From the NCBI RefSeq assembly GCF_963921235.1, contig NC_086097.1:90026001-90090000 (forward strand): a DNA stretch of 64,000 bases, written 5' to 3'. Below, in pieces: positions 13,518 to 27,156 of this stretch (within the stretch, counting starts at the first letter, position 1; each line of letters begins with the position of its first letter). The position numbers were made by a program, and so were the translations under genes. The DNA is from Mobula hypostoma. Lineage: Eukaryota. The notes under the pieces are model-generated. The model saw only the letters and a program-made list of their open reading frames with translations. It had not been told where the DNA came from and did no database searches.

Positions 13518-14103
13518 TACCAGAAAAAGCAGGATCTCCCAGTGGCCACCCACTTTAATTCCACTTCCCATTCCCATTCCAACATGTCAATCCATGGCCT
13601 CCTCCATTGTCATGATGAGGCCACACTCAGGTTGGAGGAACAACACCTTATATTCCATCTGGGCAGCATCCAACCTGATGGCATGAGTATTGATTTCTTG
13701 AACTTCTGGTAATGAACCCTACCCCTTCACCATTTCCCTCTATCTCCTTGCCTGCCCATTGCTCCTTCTGGTGCTCCTTCCCTTTTTCTTTCTTCTGCTG
13801 CCTTCTGTCCTCTCCTATTAGATTCCCCCTTCTCCAGCCCTTTATCTCGTTCACCAATCCACTTCCCAGCTCTTTGCTTCACCTCTCCCCCTCCAGGTTT
13901 CACCTATCACCTTGTGTTTCTCCCTCCCCTCCCCCTACCTTTTAATGCTACTCCTTACCTTTTTTCCTCCAGTCCTTCAGAAGGGTCTTGGCCCAAAATG
14001 TTGACTGTACTCGTTTCCATAGATGTTGCCTGACCTGCTAAGTTCCTGCACCATTTTGTGTATGCTGCTTGGATTTCCAGCAGCTGCAGATTTTCTCTTG
14101 TTT
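13518..14103 (+). mobile_element. Penelope-like element 3' part
   Basis: KQDLPVATHFNS...LRLEEQHLIFHLGSIQPDGM GIY-YIG C-terminus; pyrimidine-rich UTR; degenerate hammerhead at 13970-14007; ctgcagattttctcttg end. Confidence 0.8.
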
Positions 14104-15464
14104 CTGATACAAGGTTCTTACTCCATTTGAATAGGAGAAAATGACTATAGGGTAAAAGACAAGCAGTTTTTTTAATAATTAGTTTCAACTTTTTAATCAA
14201 TTCTCAAAGTTTGATTGTGGTATCTAGAATTTGAGGTGCAAATATTTAATTTTTTAGTGGATTCCCAGGGCTGTGTGCTGAGCCCATTGCTCTGCACTCC
14301 ACTCAACATGACAGCACAGCCAAACACCCGAGTATGTCGAGAGGACAGATACACAACAGTGGTGGGGCTCATCAGCATCAACCATGCTGGGATTAACTGT
14401 GTGTTCCAGGAGCAGGCAATGGCAGTTTTAGGGCAATGGAATGTCTGCAGCTATACTTCACGTTTATGCCGTGTGGTGATCACGGCCAAAACCCCATGGT
14501 CATCCCAGCTGATGATGAGGCTGGTCAGCTCAGTGCGTGCAGTGATTAGAATGGACTCTGTATGGCCAAGAAACCATGGCTGTGCTTTTGCTCAATCGCT
14601 TCCTTCACTGGAGAGAGCAGAGAGTGTTGCTGGTAAGGAGGGGAGAGCGGATTTACTGTGATGAGATGATCACTCTTAAGTATATCTTCAGCTGAATCCA
14701 CAGTCATTAGACTTATTCCCTGTTACACAACACTTAGAGTGGCGATTAAAAATTTAAAATGTGTTCATGCAACCTCTCTTCCATTTCATTGTCAAATTAA
14801 CTTTATTTATAATCAAGGTGAAGGTAAACAGAGTAGTGATATGTTTTGTTTAGAGGTTTCAGTTTCAAGCACTGTCCTGGATTCTGATGAACTCACACAG
14901 ACTCTGTGCCCTCTCTGCTGTCAGACTGAGTCGAGAGAGGACCCATTCCAAACTGATGCAGCTCAATAAAGCTCTTGCCTACTTCAATTCGGTGCATTCA
15001 GTGCTCCCAATGTGGCTGTCACAACCAAGCACAGACTTCAAGGATCAAAGTTCAAAGTAAAATTTATTATCAGAGTACATTCATGTCACCACGTACAACC
15101 CTGAGATTCTTTTTCTTGAAAACTGTTTGGCAGAGCACCTGTACTCAGTCCACAATGACCAATCAAAGCTCCCAGCTGCAGACCGTTTCAACTCTCTTCC
15201 CAGTCCCACACCGACCTGTCCATCCTTGGCCCTCTCTACCGCAAACTGTTGGAGGAACACCTTATTTTCCACCTGGGTGGTTTACAACTCAAAGGCATGA
15301 TGCTGAGTTTTACAAAGAAAAGTTGGGGGTGTTCAAAGTTCAAAGTAAATATACAGTTTGTACTTTGATAATAAATTTACTTTGAACTATGAACACCCTG
15401 CCCTTTGTTTTTTTTCTCCCCCCCCCACCCCCTCTTCCTTCTCACTCTCCTCCAGCTCTCCATC

Positions 15465-16285
15465 TGATCAGAATCAGGTTTAATATCACTGACGTATGTT
15501 ATGAAATTTGTTCTTTTGCAGCAACAGAACACTACAATACATAAAAAATAATATAAATTACAATAAGTATATATAAAAAATTAAATTAAATACAAAGTGC
15601 AAAAAGAAAGCAGGAATAGTGAGGTAGTGTTCAGGGTTGGTTCTCTGTCCATTCAGAAATCTGATGGTGAAGGGGAAGAAACTGTTTCTAAAACATTGAT
15701 TGTGCATCTTCAGGCTCCTGTACCTCCTCCCTGATGGTAGTAATGAGGAGAGAGCATGATTAGTGTGGTGGGGATTCCTGATGATGGATGCTGCTTTCCT
15801 GCACCAATGCTCCATGTAGATGTTCTCAATGGTAGGGAAAGCTTTAACAGTGATGGATAGGCCATAGCCTCTACTTTTTGTAGGATTTTCCATTCAAGGG
15901 CTTTGGTATTTCCATACTGTTATGCAGCCAGTCAATATAGACTCCATCACACATCTGTAGAAGTTTGTCAAAGTTTTAGATGTCATAGCAAATCTTTGCA
16001 AACTTTTAAGGAAGTAGAGACATTGCCATGTTTTCTTTGTGATTGAACTTGTGTGCTGGGCCCAGGAGAGGTCCCCTTAAATGGTAACACCAAAGAATTT
16101 AAAGTTGCTCACCCTCTCCACCTCTGATCTTCCAATGAGGTCTGGCTCGTAGACCTCTTGCCTCCTCATTCTGAACTCACTAATCAGCTCCTTGGTCTTG
16201 CTGACATGGAGTTCGAGGTCGTTCTTGTGGCACCACTCAGCAAATTTTCAACCTCTCTCCTATATGTTGATTCGTCACCATGGTG
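15465..16285 (-). mobile_element. Rex1/Babar LINE 3' portion
   Basis: ORF 15558-15893 RKAASIIRNPHH...LLPSGRRYRSL; (gattct) tail read on the minus strand. Confidence 0.85.
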
Positions 16286-16309
16286 TCATCAGTAGACTTG
16301 GTATGGTAC

Positions 16310-17157
16310 TGCTCTCGAATCAGTAAGACAAAGGTATGGATTCTGGACTTCAGGAAGGAAGAGTCGAGTGAACACACCAGTCGTCATTGAGGGATCAGCA
16401 GTGGAAAGGATGAGCAGTTTCAAGTTCCTTGGTGTCAGTATCTCTGAAGATCTCTCTTGCACCCAACGTATTGACGTAATTACAAAGAAGGCACAACAGT
16501 GGCTATATTTTATTAGGACTTTGAAGAGACTTTGTATGTCACCAAAGACACTCACAAATTTCTACAGATATACCATGGAGAACGTTATAACTGGTTGCTT
16601 CACCATCTGGTTTGGGGGAGGACACTGCACAGAATTGGAAAAGGGTGCAGAAAGTTGTAACAAACAAGAGAAAATCTGCAGATGCTGGAAATCCGAGCAA
16701 CACACACAAGATGCTGGAGGAACTCAGCAGGCCAGGTAGCATCTATGGAAAAGAGTACAGTCAACTTTTCGGGCTGAAACTGTAAATTCAGCCAGCTCTA
16801 TCATGGGCACTAGCCACTCCAGCATCCAGGACACCTTCAAAAGATGATGCCCTGAAAAGCTGCCAGGACATGCCCTCTTCTTATTACTACGATCAAGGAG
16901 GAGGCACAGGAACCTGAAGACACACACAGAATGTTTCAGGAACAGCTTCTTCATAACCACCATCAGATTTTGAATGGACAATGAACCCATGTACACCACC
17001 TGATTATTCTTTTCCTTTTTTTGGTTCTGTTTTTGCACAACTTACGAATACATGCATATAAATCTTTTTGTAATTTATAGTTCTTTGTTATGAATTACTG
17101 CTACAAAATAAACCTATTTCACGACATATGCCAGTGGTAGTAAACCTGATTCTGATT
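16310..17157 (+). mobile_element. Rex1/Babar LINE 3' portion interrupted by a Penelope pLTR piece (~16660-16780)
   Basis: ORF 16368-16739 SSFKFLGVSISEDL...KKAQQWLYF switches to aaacaagagaaaatctgcagatgctgg, then the Rex sequence resumes; cctgattctga tail. Confidence 0.8.
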
Positions 17158-17777
17158 TTTTTCTGACAATTACATTAGTAAACATACTGAAATGGTTTTT
17201 GTCCACTTTTGCATTGGTATACATTTACTTCTGTGCTAGTCAATCCACACCATTTCCTGGTTAAGCAACACTTTAAAACTCTCACTCTAAATATCAACAC
17301 TTCTTAGCTCTTATCCTTGTTCTTAAAACTGCTGTCTCAACCCTCTTGCTACACAGACTCCAAAATATCTACTCTCTTCCATTTTTGGCTTCTCAATCAT
17401 CCTTTTTTCCCTGGAGTTAATTTATTCCTGGAATAAATCGTGCAGACAGTTTGAATCACCAAAATATGTTAGCAACTGTATTCTAAAGTTTGATGAAGCC
17501 AGAGCAGCAATAAATACCAGGTGGTGACTCTTTACCCAGATGTCACCCATACCTTCAGCTGCCAAGACTCTGCCTTTGGGAACTCCTAAACCTTGTTGCA
17601 GGGTCTCAGCTCAAAATGTTGACTGTTTATCTCCCTGCATTGCTGCTGCCTGACTTGCTGAGCTCCTCCAGAATTTTCGATATGTTGCTCAATATTTTCA
17701 ACATATGTAGAATTTCATGTGTCCATAGTTTTCTCTCCTTAAATGCTTGATGGAATTTCCAGCTATCTTCCTGCGTA

Positions 17778-18080
17778 GGGCAACATGGTGGCATAGCACT
17801 TAGTACAATGCTTTACTAGATCACCAATTGGAAGACTGGGGTACAGTTCCCTCTGCTGTCTGTAAGGAGTTTGTACGTTCTCACTGTGGCTGTGTGGGTG
17901 TCCTCCTACATTCCAGAACGATGTATGGTAAAGGTAGGCATCTATATTGGCACCAGAAGCATACTGATTCTTGCTGACTGCCCCCAGCACATCCTTGGAC
18001 TGTGATGGTCTGTGGCACAAACAATTGATTTCACTGCATGTTGTGATGTTTCAATGTACAGTACTGGCGACAAATGAAGC
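17778..18080 (+). mobile_element. tRNA-headed SINE with LINE-type 3' tail
   Basis: gggcaacatggtggcatagc (A-box-like)...ctgtctgtaaggagtttgtacgttctc; 3' part shared with ~3140-3245 and ~20660-20775. Confidence 0.6.
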
Positions 18081-18247
18081 TCATTAAAAGCCAGAAAACC
18101 TCATCCCAATATAACTCTGTTTCACAGTTTGTCAAAATATGACAGTGAAATGCTACGGGACGTTAAATATCTGAATCAATTTTGTTGTTGTTGGCAGTCA
18201 GAGTTGGATGTAAAGTAGTCTGGGAATTCTACATGAAGACTTTGATA

Positions 18248-18740
18248 TGTCTCTTCTCTGTCTCTGTCTGGCTCTGTCTACCTCTGTCTCTCTCTCTGTT
18301 TGTCTCTGTCTCTGTCCGCCTCGGTCTCTGTCTCTGTCTGCCTCTGTCTACCTCTGTCTCTGCCTCTGTTTGTCTCTGTCTCTGTCTGTCTCGGTCTGCC
18401 TCAGTCTCTGTTTGTCTCTGTCTCTGTCTGCCTCTGTCTCTGTCTGTCTGTCTCTCTCTGACTCTTCCTATCTCTCTCTCTCTCTCTCTCTCTCCCTCTC
18501 CCTCTCTCTCTCTGTCTCTGCCTCTGCCTCTCTCTCTTTGTGTTTCCGTCTGTCTCTGTCTCTGACTCTCTGTTCCTGTCTCTGCCTCTCTGTTCCTGTC
18601 TCTGCCTCTCTTTGTATTTCTGTCTCTCTCTGTCTCTGACTTTCTGTTCCTGTCTCTGCCTCTCTTTGTGACTCTTTCTGTCTCTCTTTGCCTCTCTCTC
18701 AATACACTCTCTCTGTCCCTCTCTGCCTCTCTGTCTTCCA
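18248..18740. repeat. Imperfect (TCTCTG)n/(TC)n microsatellite
   Basis: About 490 bp pyrimidine tract; explains the CLSLS/ERDR low-complexity ORFs. Confidence 0.95.
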
Positions 18741-21189
18741 TTTTTACACTATAGTCTATGACTTCTGATCTTCACAAAATCTCTACACTTAGATTCAGAC
18801 CTCAAATCTTTTGAAAAGTAGAAGTCTGATCCACTGAGCCAAAAGAGACAGGCAGCTTTATATTCCAGATCAGCCATGCAAAGCAAGCTTCAAATGACAT
18901 TTACAGTAGCGTGAATAAAGACTTGATGTCTGCATTCAGCAAATGTATTTAGTCTCAAGTTTGTCCAAAGTCTATGTCACAAGCTTCGAATGCATGTTGC
19001 ATTGTGCATTGATCAGGTACCAGTGGGTTTACACACATGATGGCCTTGTGATTACGTACTGGACTGGACACAAGTAAAAGGGAGCAGGAAGAAGTCACCC
19101 GGCTCCTAAAGCCTGCCCAGTCATTCAATATGATCATGGCTGATCAACCCCAGGCCTGAACACCTCCTCCGTGTCACTGCCTCAGAATCTAAATCCCGTA
19201 TATTCTCACCAGCATGTGACGTGAAATTTGTTAACTTAGCAGCAGCAGTTCAATGCAATACATAATCTAGCAAGGAAAAAAAATAACAATAAATAAAATA
19301 AAAATATTAATAATAATAATAAATAAACAAGTATATCAATTACATATATTGAATAGACTTTTAAGAAGAGTAAAAACAGAACTACTGTATATTAGAAATC
19401 TTTCAAAAACTTATCAAACTCCTCAATGCACCATAATAACTCTAGCAAATAATTAAATGAGCATTGGAGTAATTAGTTCAATTACAAACAAGAGGAACGC
19501 TGCAGTTGCTGGAAATCCAAGCTGTACACACAAGTGAGTCCTGATAAAGATTTTCAGCCCAAAATGTCGACTGTGCTCTTTTCCATAGATGCTGCCTGGC
19601 CAGCTGAGTTCCTCCAGCATTTTGTGTGTGCTGCTCGGGGTGATTCGTTACACCTTTTCAGCCTTAAGGAAATCCATTTAGTCCAACTCTCTAACTTCTA
19701 TGTTATAAATAGTCTTCAATCAACATCAGGGGTTCCCGACCCTTTTTTTAATGCCATAGAACCTTACTGTTAACTGACGGATCTGTGAGTTCAGGATGGG
19801 AACATCTGGTCTATATGAACAAACCAATACCATAAGCCCTTCCCTTGTATACAATCCTTTTATGTAGCACCTCATCAAATTCTTTCCAAGACAGCACCAA
19901 CTTGCGGTACCCGTTGGTCGAGGCTCAGATTTAGTTGTTTTCTTTTAGGTTTGTGGGGTTTGTTTTAGAGAGGGGAGAGTTAGTTGTCAGGTTAGGATTG
20001 AAGGACAGGGATGTTGGTGGGGGGGGGGAGGGTGTGAATTAAAGGCCAGGCTGGAATTTAAGCCTCTTCTCTGCATTCGAAGGCTAGTGGAAAAACCATG
20101 GTGGAATACCGGACCAACAGACCAGCACAGATGGGAGATGGTATCATCACCATCACCGTTTCCCCCCCACCCCACAGAGTCAGTGAGTTGTTGGCAGCTT
20201 ACAGAGTCAGAGTTTCGTGTGAGCAGGAGGAATGAGGTCCAATGACCAAACCCCCCCCCCCCCAGGGGTTCACGAATCGGTGAGAATGGAGTCAAAACCT
20301 AGTTTGGAATACCATCGTCGTCCAGAGTTTGAGGCCTAGTGCTGGAGATTGGTGGGTCCCGAGGTTGATGCCAAGGATCAAGGCCTGAGGGGTGAAGTGG
20401 AAGTCTGGAAGTTGAAGCCCATTGGCTGGAGCTCAAGTCTGTGAATCTCACTGAGCCTACTGCAGAATTCCAAGGCCTGATGACTGTGAATTTGAGTTTG
20501 AGTCCGCTGAGGCTGGGGGCTGAAGACAGCCTGTCCTGGGTTCCGTGGAGGACCGTGTATGTACATGTTTGGGAGGGAGGAACGGGGCTTGTCTTGCTGT
20601 TGTTGTTCCTTTGCTTTTGGTGTCCTGTGTGGACGTACTATGTTAGCGTCAGATTGGGTGGTGACACTTGTGGGCTACCCCAGCACATTCTCAGGTGTGT
20701 TGGTTGTTAATGCAAAAGGTGCATTTCACTGTATGTTTCAAAGTACATGTGAAAAATAACTTTGAATCTTTGAATGTATTCTGGAAATTCATATTCACAA
20801 GATTTATAGGACTATTGAATCAACCTGTTTCATCTGCATAGAAATCTAGCAAATTAGCTAAACATGATTACTTTTCATAAAACAATAGGCTTTATTGTAG
20901 TAAGCTTTTCCAAATGTCTAGTTGTTTATTGTTTGATTATACATTCCTGCCTCCTGCCTCCAACATATGTTAAGCTAACTGGCCTATACTTTCCAGACTT
21001 TTGTGTCCCTTCCTTCATGAACAAAGGTACACATTTTCAAATTTCCAATCTGCAGAAATCCCACGAAGCTCAGTGAGTTTGAAAAACTTTAACCAATGGC
21101 TCTACTATTTTGACAGACAATTCCTTTAAAACCAGGGTTTGATGTCCTCTCAACTTGTCAGCCTTTAGTCCATTAGTACCTCCAATACC

Positions 21190-22648
21190 GATCCCTCAAA
21201 TTTTTGTTCACATAAGTGAGTATTACCACCAAGGATTTTGATCAATTTTGGCAGAGGATTTTGTTTGTGAACAACATGCTCCTTCTTTCACAGTACAGCC
21301 CAAAAAAACAGAGAACATTGTAAAGCATGAAAAACTAAAAACTAAAGATGGAAATGTCGAAGTTCCTCTGCCCAGTACTCAGTTGAACCACCTCTTGCAG
21401 CTATTACAGCCAGTAGACTTTTTGAATGAGCGTATAAACTTTGCATAACACGAACGGGCAAGATTTGCCCATTCCTCCTTGCAAAAATGCTCAAGCTGTG
21501 CCAAGTTAGTTGGGGAGCAGCAGTGGACAGCATTCTTACCAGAGATGTTCGATTGGGCTTAGGTCACGTCTCTGACTGGGTCACTCAAGGACATCAATTT
21601 TCTTCATTTGAAGCCACTGCCTGGTTGCTCTGGCAGTGTGCTTTGGGTCGCTGTTCTGCTGAAAGACCAACCCTCCCCAGTTTAAGCTTTCTGGCAGAGG
21701 ATAGAAGGTTTTTAACCAGGATCTCTCTGTATTTAGCAGCGTTCATCTTCCCATCAGTCCTGACCAGTTCCTGCTGCTGAAAAGCATCCACATAGCATTT
21801 AGGGACGGTGTTACCTGGCTGATGCATAATACTAGATTTATGCCACATGTACTGCTTAGTGTTGAGGCCAGAAAGTTCCCCTTTAGTCTCATCCGACCAC
21901 AAGACCTTCTTCCATATCTTTACGGTATCTTTTAACTGACGGTTTGCAAAGTATTTAAGGGCAAGGATATGCTTTTTTCAGCCTGGGCTTCTTCATAAAT
22001 ATCCTTTTTGTGCAAGGCCTTAGAGATTGTGGAGCCATGAACCTCATCTCCCATTGCTGCCATTGACTTCTGTAGCTCTCTCAGAGTAACTGCTGGTCTC
22101 ACAGTAGTCTCTATTACAAGTGCCATTCTTCTCAAGTGACTAAGTTTAGAGGGGTGGTCTGACCTAGGCATCATGGCCGTAGTTTCATATTTTTTCCACT
22201 TTTTCATGATGGACTGCACTGAGCTCCAAGGTATGTTCAGTGCCTTTGAGATGGTCTTGTACTTTGAGCGCTCTCTTGTCTTCATTTTGGTTTGGTCTGT
22301 TGAAAATCTACCATACTGTTGGACCTTACAGAGAGAGGGGGTATTTATTCAGGTGATCCTCCAATTTTCCTAATCAACAAATTGGGTGAATTGGTAAGGT
22401 ATATTGCACCTGAGGAAAATTAGCATAGTAATTAGAAAGGGGATGAATATTTTTTCAGTCTCACAATGTTGGATTTTAATTTTTAGTAAATTGTTGACAG
22501 GGTTTGGAATGTTTCATCTGATTTAACATCATGCAGAATGTTTTGTAGATTAGTGCAAAAAGCCCTACTTGGATATATTTTAAATTTAGAAAATGATACA
22601 GTAAAATCTGAAAATAGTTGAGGGGTTGAATGCTTTTTCAAGGCACAA
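21190..22648 (-). mobile_element. Inactive Tc1/mariner (Tc1-like) transposon
   Basis: HTH part YKTISKALNIPWSSVQSIMKKWKKY (21932-22285), WSDETK (21594-21902), decayed W*PSQ..DLSPIEHL at ~21540-21590; Tc1-like end (rc tgtgccttgaaaaagcattcaacccct). Confidence 0.9.
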
Positions 22649-24689
22649 GATCCTTCACCATGAAGACTGATGCAAAGTATTAGCTTAAATTATCTTCATT
22701 TCATTGTTTCCTAATATTAATTCCACATTCTCACTCTTCTGGAGTCCCACACTTATCAATGCTATCCTCTTCCCCCTTGGGTAACCATAGCATCACTTGC
22801 TGTGGCTTTAGATATGACTTGCCAATGTATTCTTATTATCAATCTTCTCCATTCTTACTCTTTTGTTCTCTACTGCTCATTCTGAAATCTCCCGGTCCTC
22901 TGGTCTCACAGCAGCCTTTGTCACTCTGTACAATCTAAATTTTGATTAAAAAACTTCCCTCCTTTGCTAAACTGGTTCACTATTGTCGCATGAAGAAGTC
23001 AGAAGTACTAATAGGCATGAAGTAGTCATGTTGGACAAAATGAGATACAGCAGACATCATAATGAGACCCTTTCAGAGCAAAAGGTCTGCCTGACCCAAC
23101 ACTACATGACATTTTATATGCTAAAGGTCAAAGGACAATTTTATATTTGAATTACATGTGTCCCTCTTCGTGGCCACACAGCAGATGCCCAAACGACACC
23201 CAAATAACAAATGTAATCAGCATTGTCTGGTCTCCCAATTAACTTCTAAATAACTGTGGCTCACAGCTTTAGGAACCCATTGTCCACAGTTGCATTTTAG
23301 AAGTAACCCACAGTTCGTTTTCGTATCTGAAGACTGGTGGCTGAAGTCAGTTGCTGAAGTTATTTGCTATATGTTCTAACCCCCCCACAAAGAAACGCTC
23401 TAATTCCCCATTCTCTGTGTTAGAGCTATATAAGTTTCTACTGCTGCAGCTTATCTACTGACTTTTGCCTTAGTCTGTTTTTCCAGTTCACTGTAAACAA
23501 CTCTTCCTCCCTACCCTTATACATTGGGTTCGGACCAAAGGTGCTGTAATCATTATTCTCTACTGTATCCTGTGCTGTGATGTCTCTCATTCTTGAATAC
23601 ATTGTAGTAAAATATGCCCGTTTTTTGTTTCTCCTTATGATACAGAGGAGGCTGCTTGGCCCATTGTTGTCTACACCAGCACTCAGGAAACACACATGTC
23701 ACATTCTTATTTAAGAGGCATTTACCTAAGCATTTAAAGAACCAGAGAATGTGGGGATATAGATCACGCGCAGCCAAGTGAGATTAATTTTGATTGGCAC
23801 CGACACCCTTTTTTTGTGCTGTACAATGTTCCTGTATGATACATTTCTATGTTCTAATTTTCCACTTATTTCCCCTTCTGTCTCACATGCCCATTAATTC
23901 TCCCTGTTCTTCTGCCACTCACCTATGCCTGGAGCAAGTTACGAAGGCCATTTAGCCTTTCAGCATATCTTTGGGATGTGGGAGCTCACTGGAGCTCCGG
24001 AGGGAGATTCACGTGGTCACGGGAGAGAATGTGCAAACTCAGATAAAACAAGAGGTCAGGATTGAAACCTGCCGCGGTGAGGTCACATCATCAGGAGTTG
24101 AGCTATTGGCCACCCATATCTGCCAGCAGCATCTACAGGGTGACAATCAGATGGCAATTTGGTTGTAAAAGTGAACAACATGTATCCCAGCTCTGCTATG
24201 AGCCACTACACAGAGATAAAACTGACAAAAGTATTTTGAATTATGTATAAGACCACGGGGGTCACCCTGACAACAAGAGCAATTTTTTTTCCAGCCCCAG
24301 ACAGGTCCCTGAGACAATGATGCTCTCGATATCATGGGAGGTTAATAAGCTACTGATAAGTGATCCTAAAGATAGCCGCTGAATGGTAATCGAGAACTGT
24401 GTGCTGTTAAAAAAAAATGTGAGTGTGTATCCAGCACAGAACTGGATGGTGCAATTGGATATGGATCGTCGTTGGCCAGAAGAGCTTGATCACAAGGATG
24501 GTTTTATCGGAGGGACATGTTGGGGTAGTGGGGAGTGGTGAAGTTTGCTTAATAGCAGTTGGGCATTTGGACACAACTTTAGGATGAATGGAAGCAACCT
24601 ACCTACAGCTTATCTTGTGCACAAACACGGACACAGTAATCCCAATACTTAGAAACACCTTGCCTCTTTGGAGTGGCTCTTGTAAATTA

Positions 24690-25040
24690 TGGCATCATTG
24701 TTGAGCTGCAGGATACAAGCCTTTTGGCCCATCAAGACCATCCCAACGGCCAACCACCTGTTTACATTACACCAATCCCTTTTCCTTTATTCTCTCTACA
24801 TTTTTTCTCATCGTCCCCTAAATGACACCACCCACACACAATGGGCAATTTACAGCCTCCAATAAAGCTGCCAATGCAGGCATCTTTAGAATGTGGGAGG
24901 AAACCAGAGCACCGGGAGGAAACCTGTGTAGTCAGAGAGAGAATGTGCAAACTCCACACAGACAGTACGGGGATCAGAACTGAAATGGAGCTCCTGGCAC
25001 TGTGAAGCAGTAATTCCACTAGTGGCATCATTACACTGTC
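24690..25040 (-). mobile_element. HE1/V-SINE-like SINE
   Basis: gaatgtgggaggaaaccagagcaccgggaggaaacc...gagaatgtgcaaactccacacagaca V-core-like motif. Confidence 0.75.
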
Positions 25041-25199
25041 CATATTGGCTTAAAAGCATTTTCTAACCCTTCTTCAAATCCATTGATGGCCCTATTTTAT
25101 GGTGTGGTGCAGTTTCCCAGGTTGCACCAGCTCATGCAAATGATCCTTCATCATGAATGAGTTTATATAAAATTGAACCTAGAGTTGTAGTGCAGCATT

Positions 25200-25492
25200 A
25201 CTCAGCTGTTGGGAGTGTTGTATTTCAGTTAAAGCAAGGCCTTTATGTGCTCTCTTAAGAAGGCAGAAAAATCACCAGGCATTGTTTCAAAGAAGAGCAA
25301 TTGAATTCTCCCTAACAGTTGGCTTCGATCCATGTCAAAGCAGATGAACTTTGGTAACTTTCATACATCTGTTTGTGGGATCTGGCTTTGCAGTGATGGT
25401 TGCCTACATGATGGCTGTGATTACATTTTAGAAATAGTTTCTTAGTCATGAAGAACTATGAGAACACTGAAAAGTACATATGAATGCAAATA
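25200..25492 (+). mobile_element. Ancient Deu-domain (SacSINE1/AmnSINE1-like) SINE remnant
   Basis: ttcaaagaagagca...ttctccc (Deu-core-like), tttgtgggatct, and an L2-like tail tatgaatgcaaat. Confidence 0.45.
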
Positions 25493-25604
25493 TTTTTTTT
25501 TCCCTGCTCAATAATGCATTTTCATCAAATGAACTTTGAGAAGGAAGAGGCTGTTCAGTCCTCACACTTGGCCCACTATGTTGGATACTGATGTATTTGT
25601 AACC

Positions 25605-25990
25605 CAAACAAAATGCTTGAAGAACTCAGGCCATGAGGCCAGGCAGCATGTACAGAAAAGAGCGAATTGCCGATGTTTCGCCCGAGACCCCTCATCAGGA
25701 CTGGAAAGGAAGATGAGAAGTCAGAGCAAGAAGGTGGGGGGAGGGGAGGAAGAACTACGTAGTGGTAGGTGGTAGGTGACACTGGGAGAGGGGGAGGTGG
25801 CGTGAAGTAAAGAGCTGGGAAGTTGATTGGTGAAAGCGATAAAGGGCTGGAGAAGGAGGAATCTGACAGGAGAGGGTAGAAGACCATGGAAGAAAGGGAA
25901 GGAGGAGGTGCACCTGCAGGAGGTGATGGACAGGTAAGGAGATAAAGTGAGAGAGGGAAATCAGCATCAGCAGATTTTCTCGTGTGTTTG
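25605..25990 (-). mobile_element. Penelope-like pLTR/UTR fragment with inverted tip
   Basis: Reverse hammerhead cagtcCTGATGA...GAAACatc at ~25667-25703; a + strand pLTR end (cagcagattttctcgtg) at ~25960-25988. Confidence 0.75.
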
Positions 25991-26329
25991 TAATCTGTTT
26001 CTATGGAAGTCAAGAATATGGCACAGAACTTGTTGCTGTCAAAAGTTTATTAAGCATTACAAGAACAAAGTAAACAAGGTGAAAGAAAAAAGAGCAAAGA
26101 GAGCCTGGGGAAGGGAAGAGCAAGGAGGCCAAAAAATGTAGTTTGCACCAGACTACTTGATAGCACACATTCCATTTCTTACATTAACCAATGAGATAGC
26201 CTCCATTCAAGTAATATGATATCTGTCACTGAAATTAGGATGTTTCCAGAAAAATTACAACCACCAGAAAATGCACTGAACAATTACATGGCTATACAGA
26301 AGGTAATTATCTAAAAATACAAACAAACA

Positions 26330-26790
26330 TAGAAGTTTGACCAGCTTGAGCTGTTTTCTCTGGAGTGGCAGAAGCTGAGGGGAGATCTGATGGAGTTTAT
26401 AAGATTATGAGAGGTGTAGATAGAGCAGACAGACAGTCTCTTTATTTCCCAGGGTTGAAGTGCATTTAGGGTGAGAGGGGTAAATTCAAAAAAGATACGA
26501 GGGGTAAGATTTTTTACGCAGAGAGTGGTGGGGGCCTGAAATGCACTACCTGTGGAGGTGGTAAAGACAGATACATTAGAGACTTTCAAAAGGTAGTTAG
26601 ATAGCCACATGAATGTGATAAAAATGGAAGGATATGAACATTGTGTACGCAGAAGGAACAAGTCTGGTTGACTATTTAATTACTACTTCAATAGGTTCGG
26701 CACAACATTGTGAGCCAAAGGGGAAGTTCCTGTAACAAATTTCACATCACATGCCGGTGATAATAAACCTGATTCTGATTCTGCACTGTT
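26330..26790 (+). mobile_element. CR1 LINE 3' end with a short Rex tail inserted
   Basis: LFSLEWQKLRGDL-type sequence, tttttacgcagagagtggtg, tgttctatgttc tail. Confidence 0.7.
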
Positions 26791-27156
26791 CTATGTTCAT
26801 TAGAAAGTTGGTTGGTTGTCTGGCATCTGTCTGTCTCGAAGGTCAATGGGTGATGATGATCATCATCACAAGCCTGGGCGGAAGGTATGGAGATCCTGAC
26901 ATGCCCAGTTGTCAATATCCCCCTCTCGGCCTCACCAGTGTAGTCCAAAGGAAAGCTTATGAAGCAATATGTTTGGCACCAGCTTGGATGCAGGAGCTGC
27001 CAGAAGGATGTTCAGTGACGTCCAGCCACCTTAAGGGCTCCAGTCCAGATTTGCTGTCTGGGTTTACTCCTGTAGCCCTCGTCCCTTCCGAAGCTGAAAG
27101 TTAAACCACTATGAAAATAACAATTATGCAGTCCAATCCAACAACTATTAACAAGA

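Noticed and set aside
18182..18741. Arg/Glu-rich and Leu/Ser/Cys-rich ORFs
   Set aside because: Translations of the (TCTCTG)n tract.
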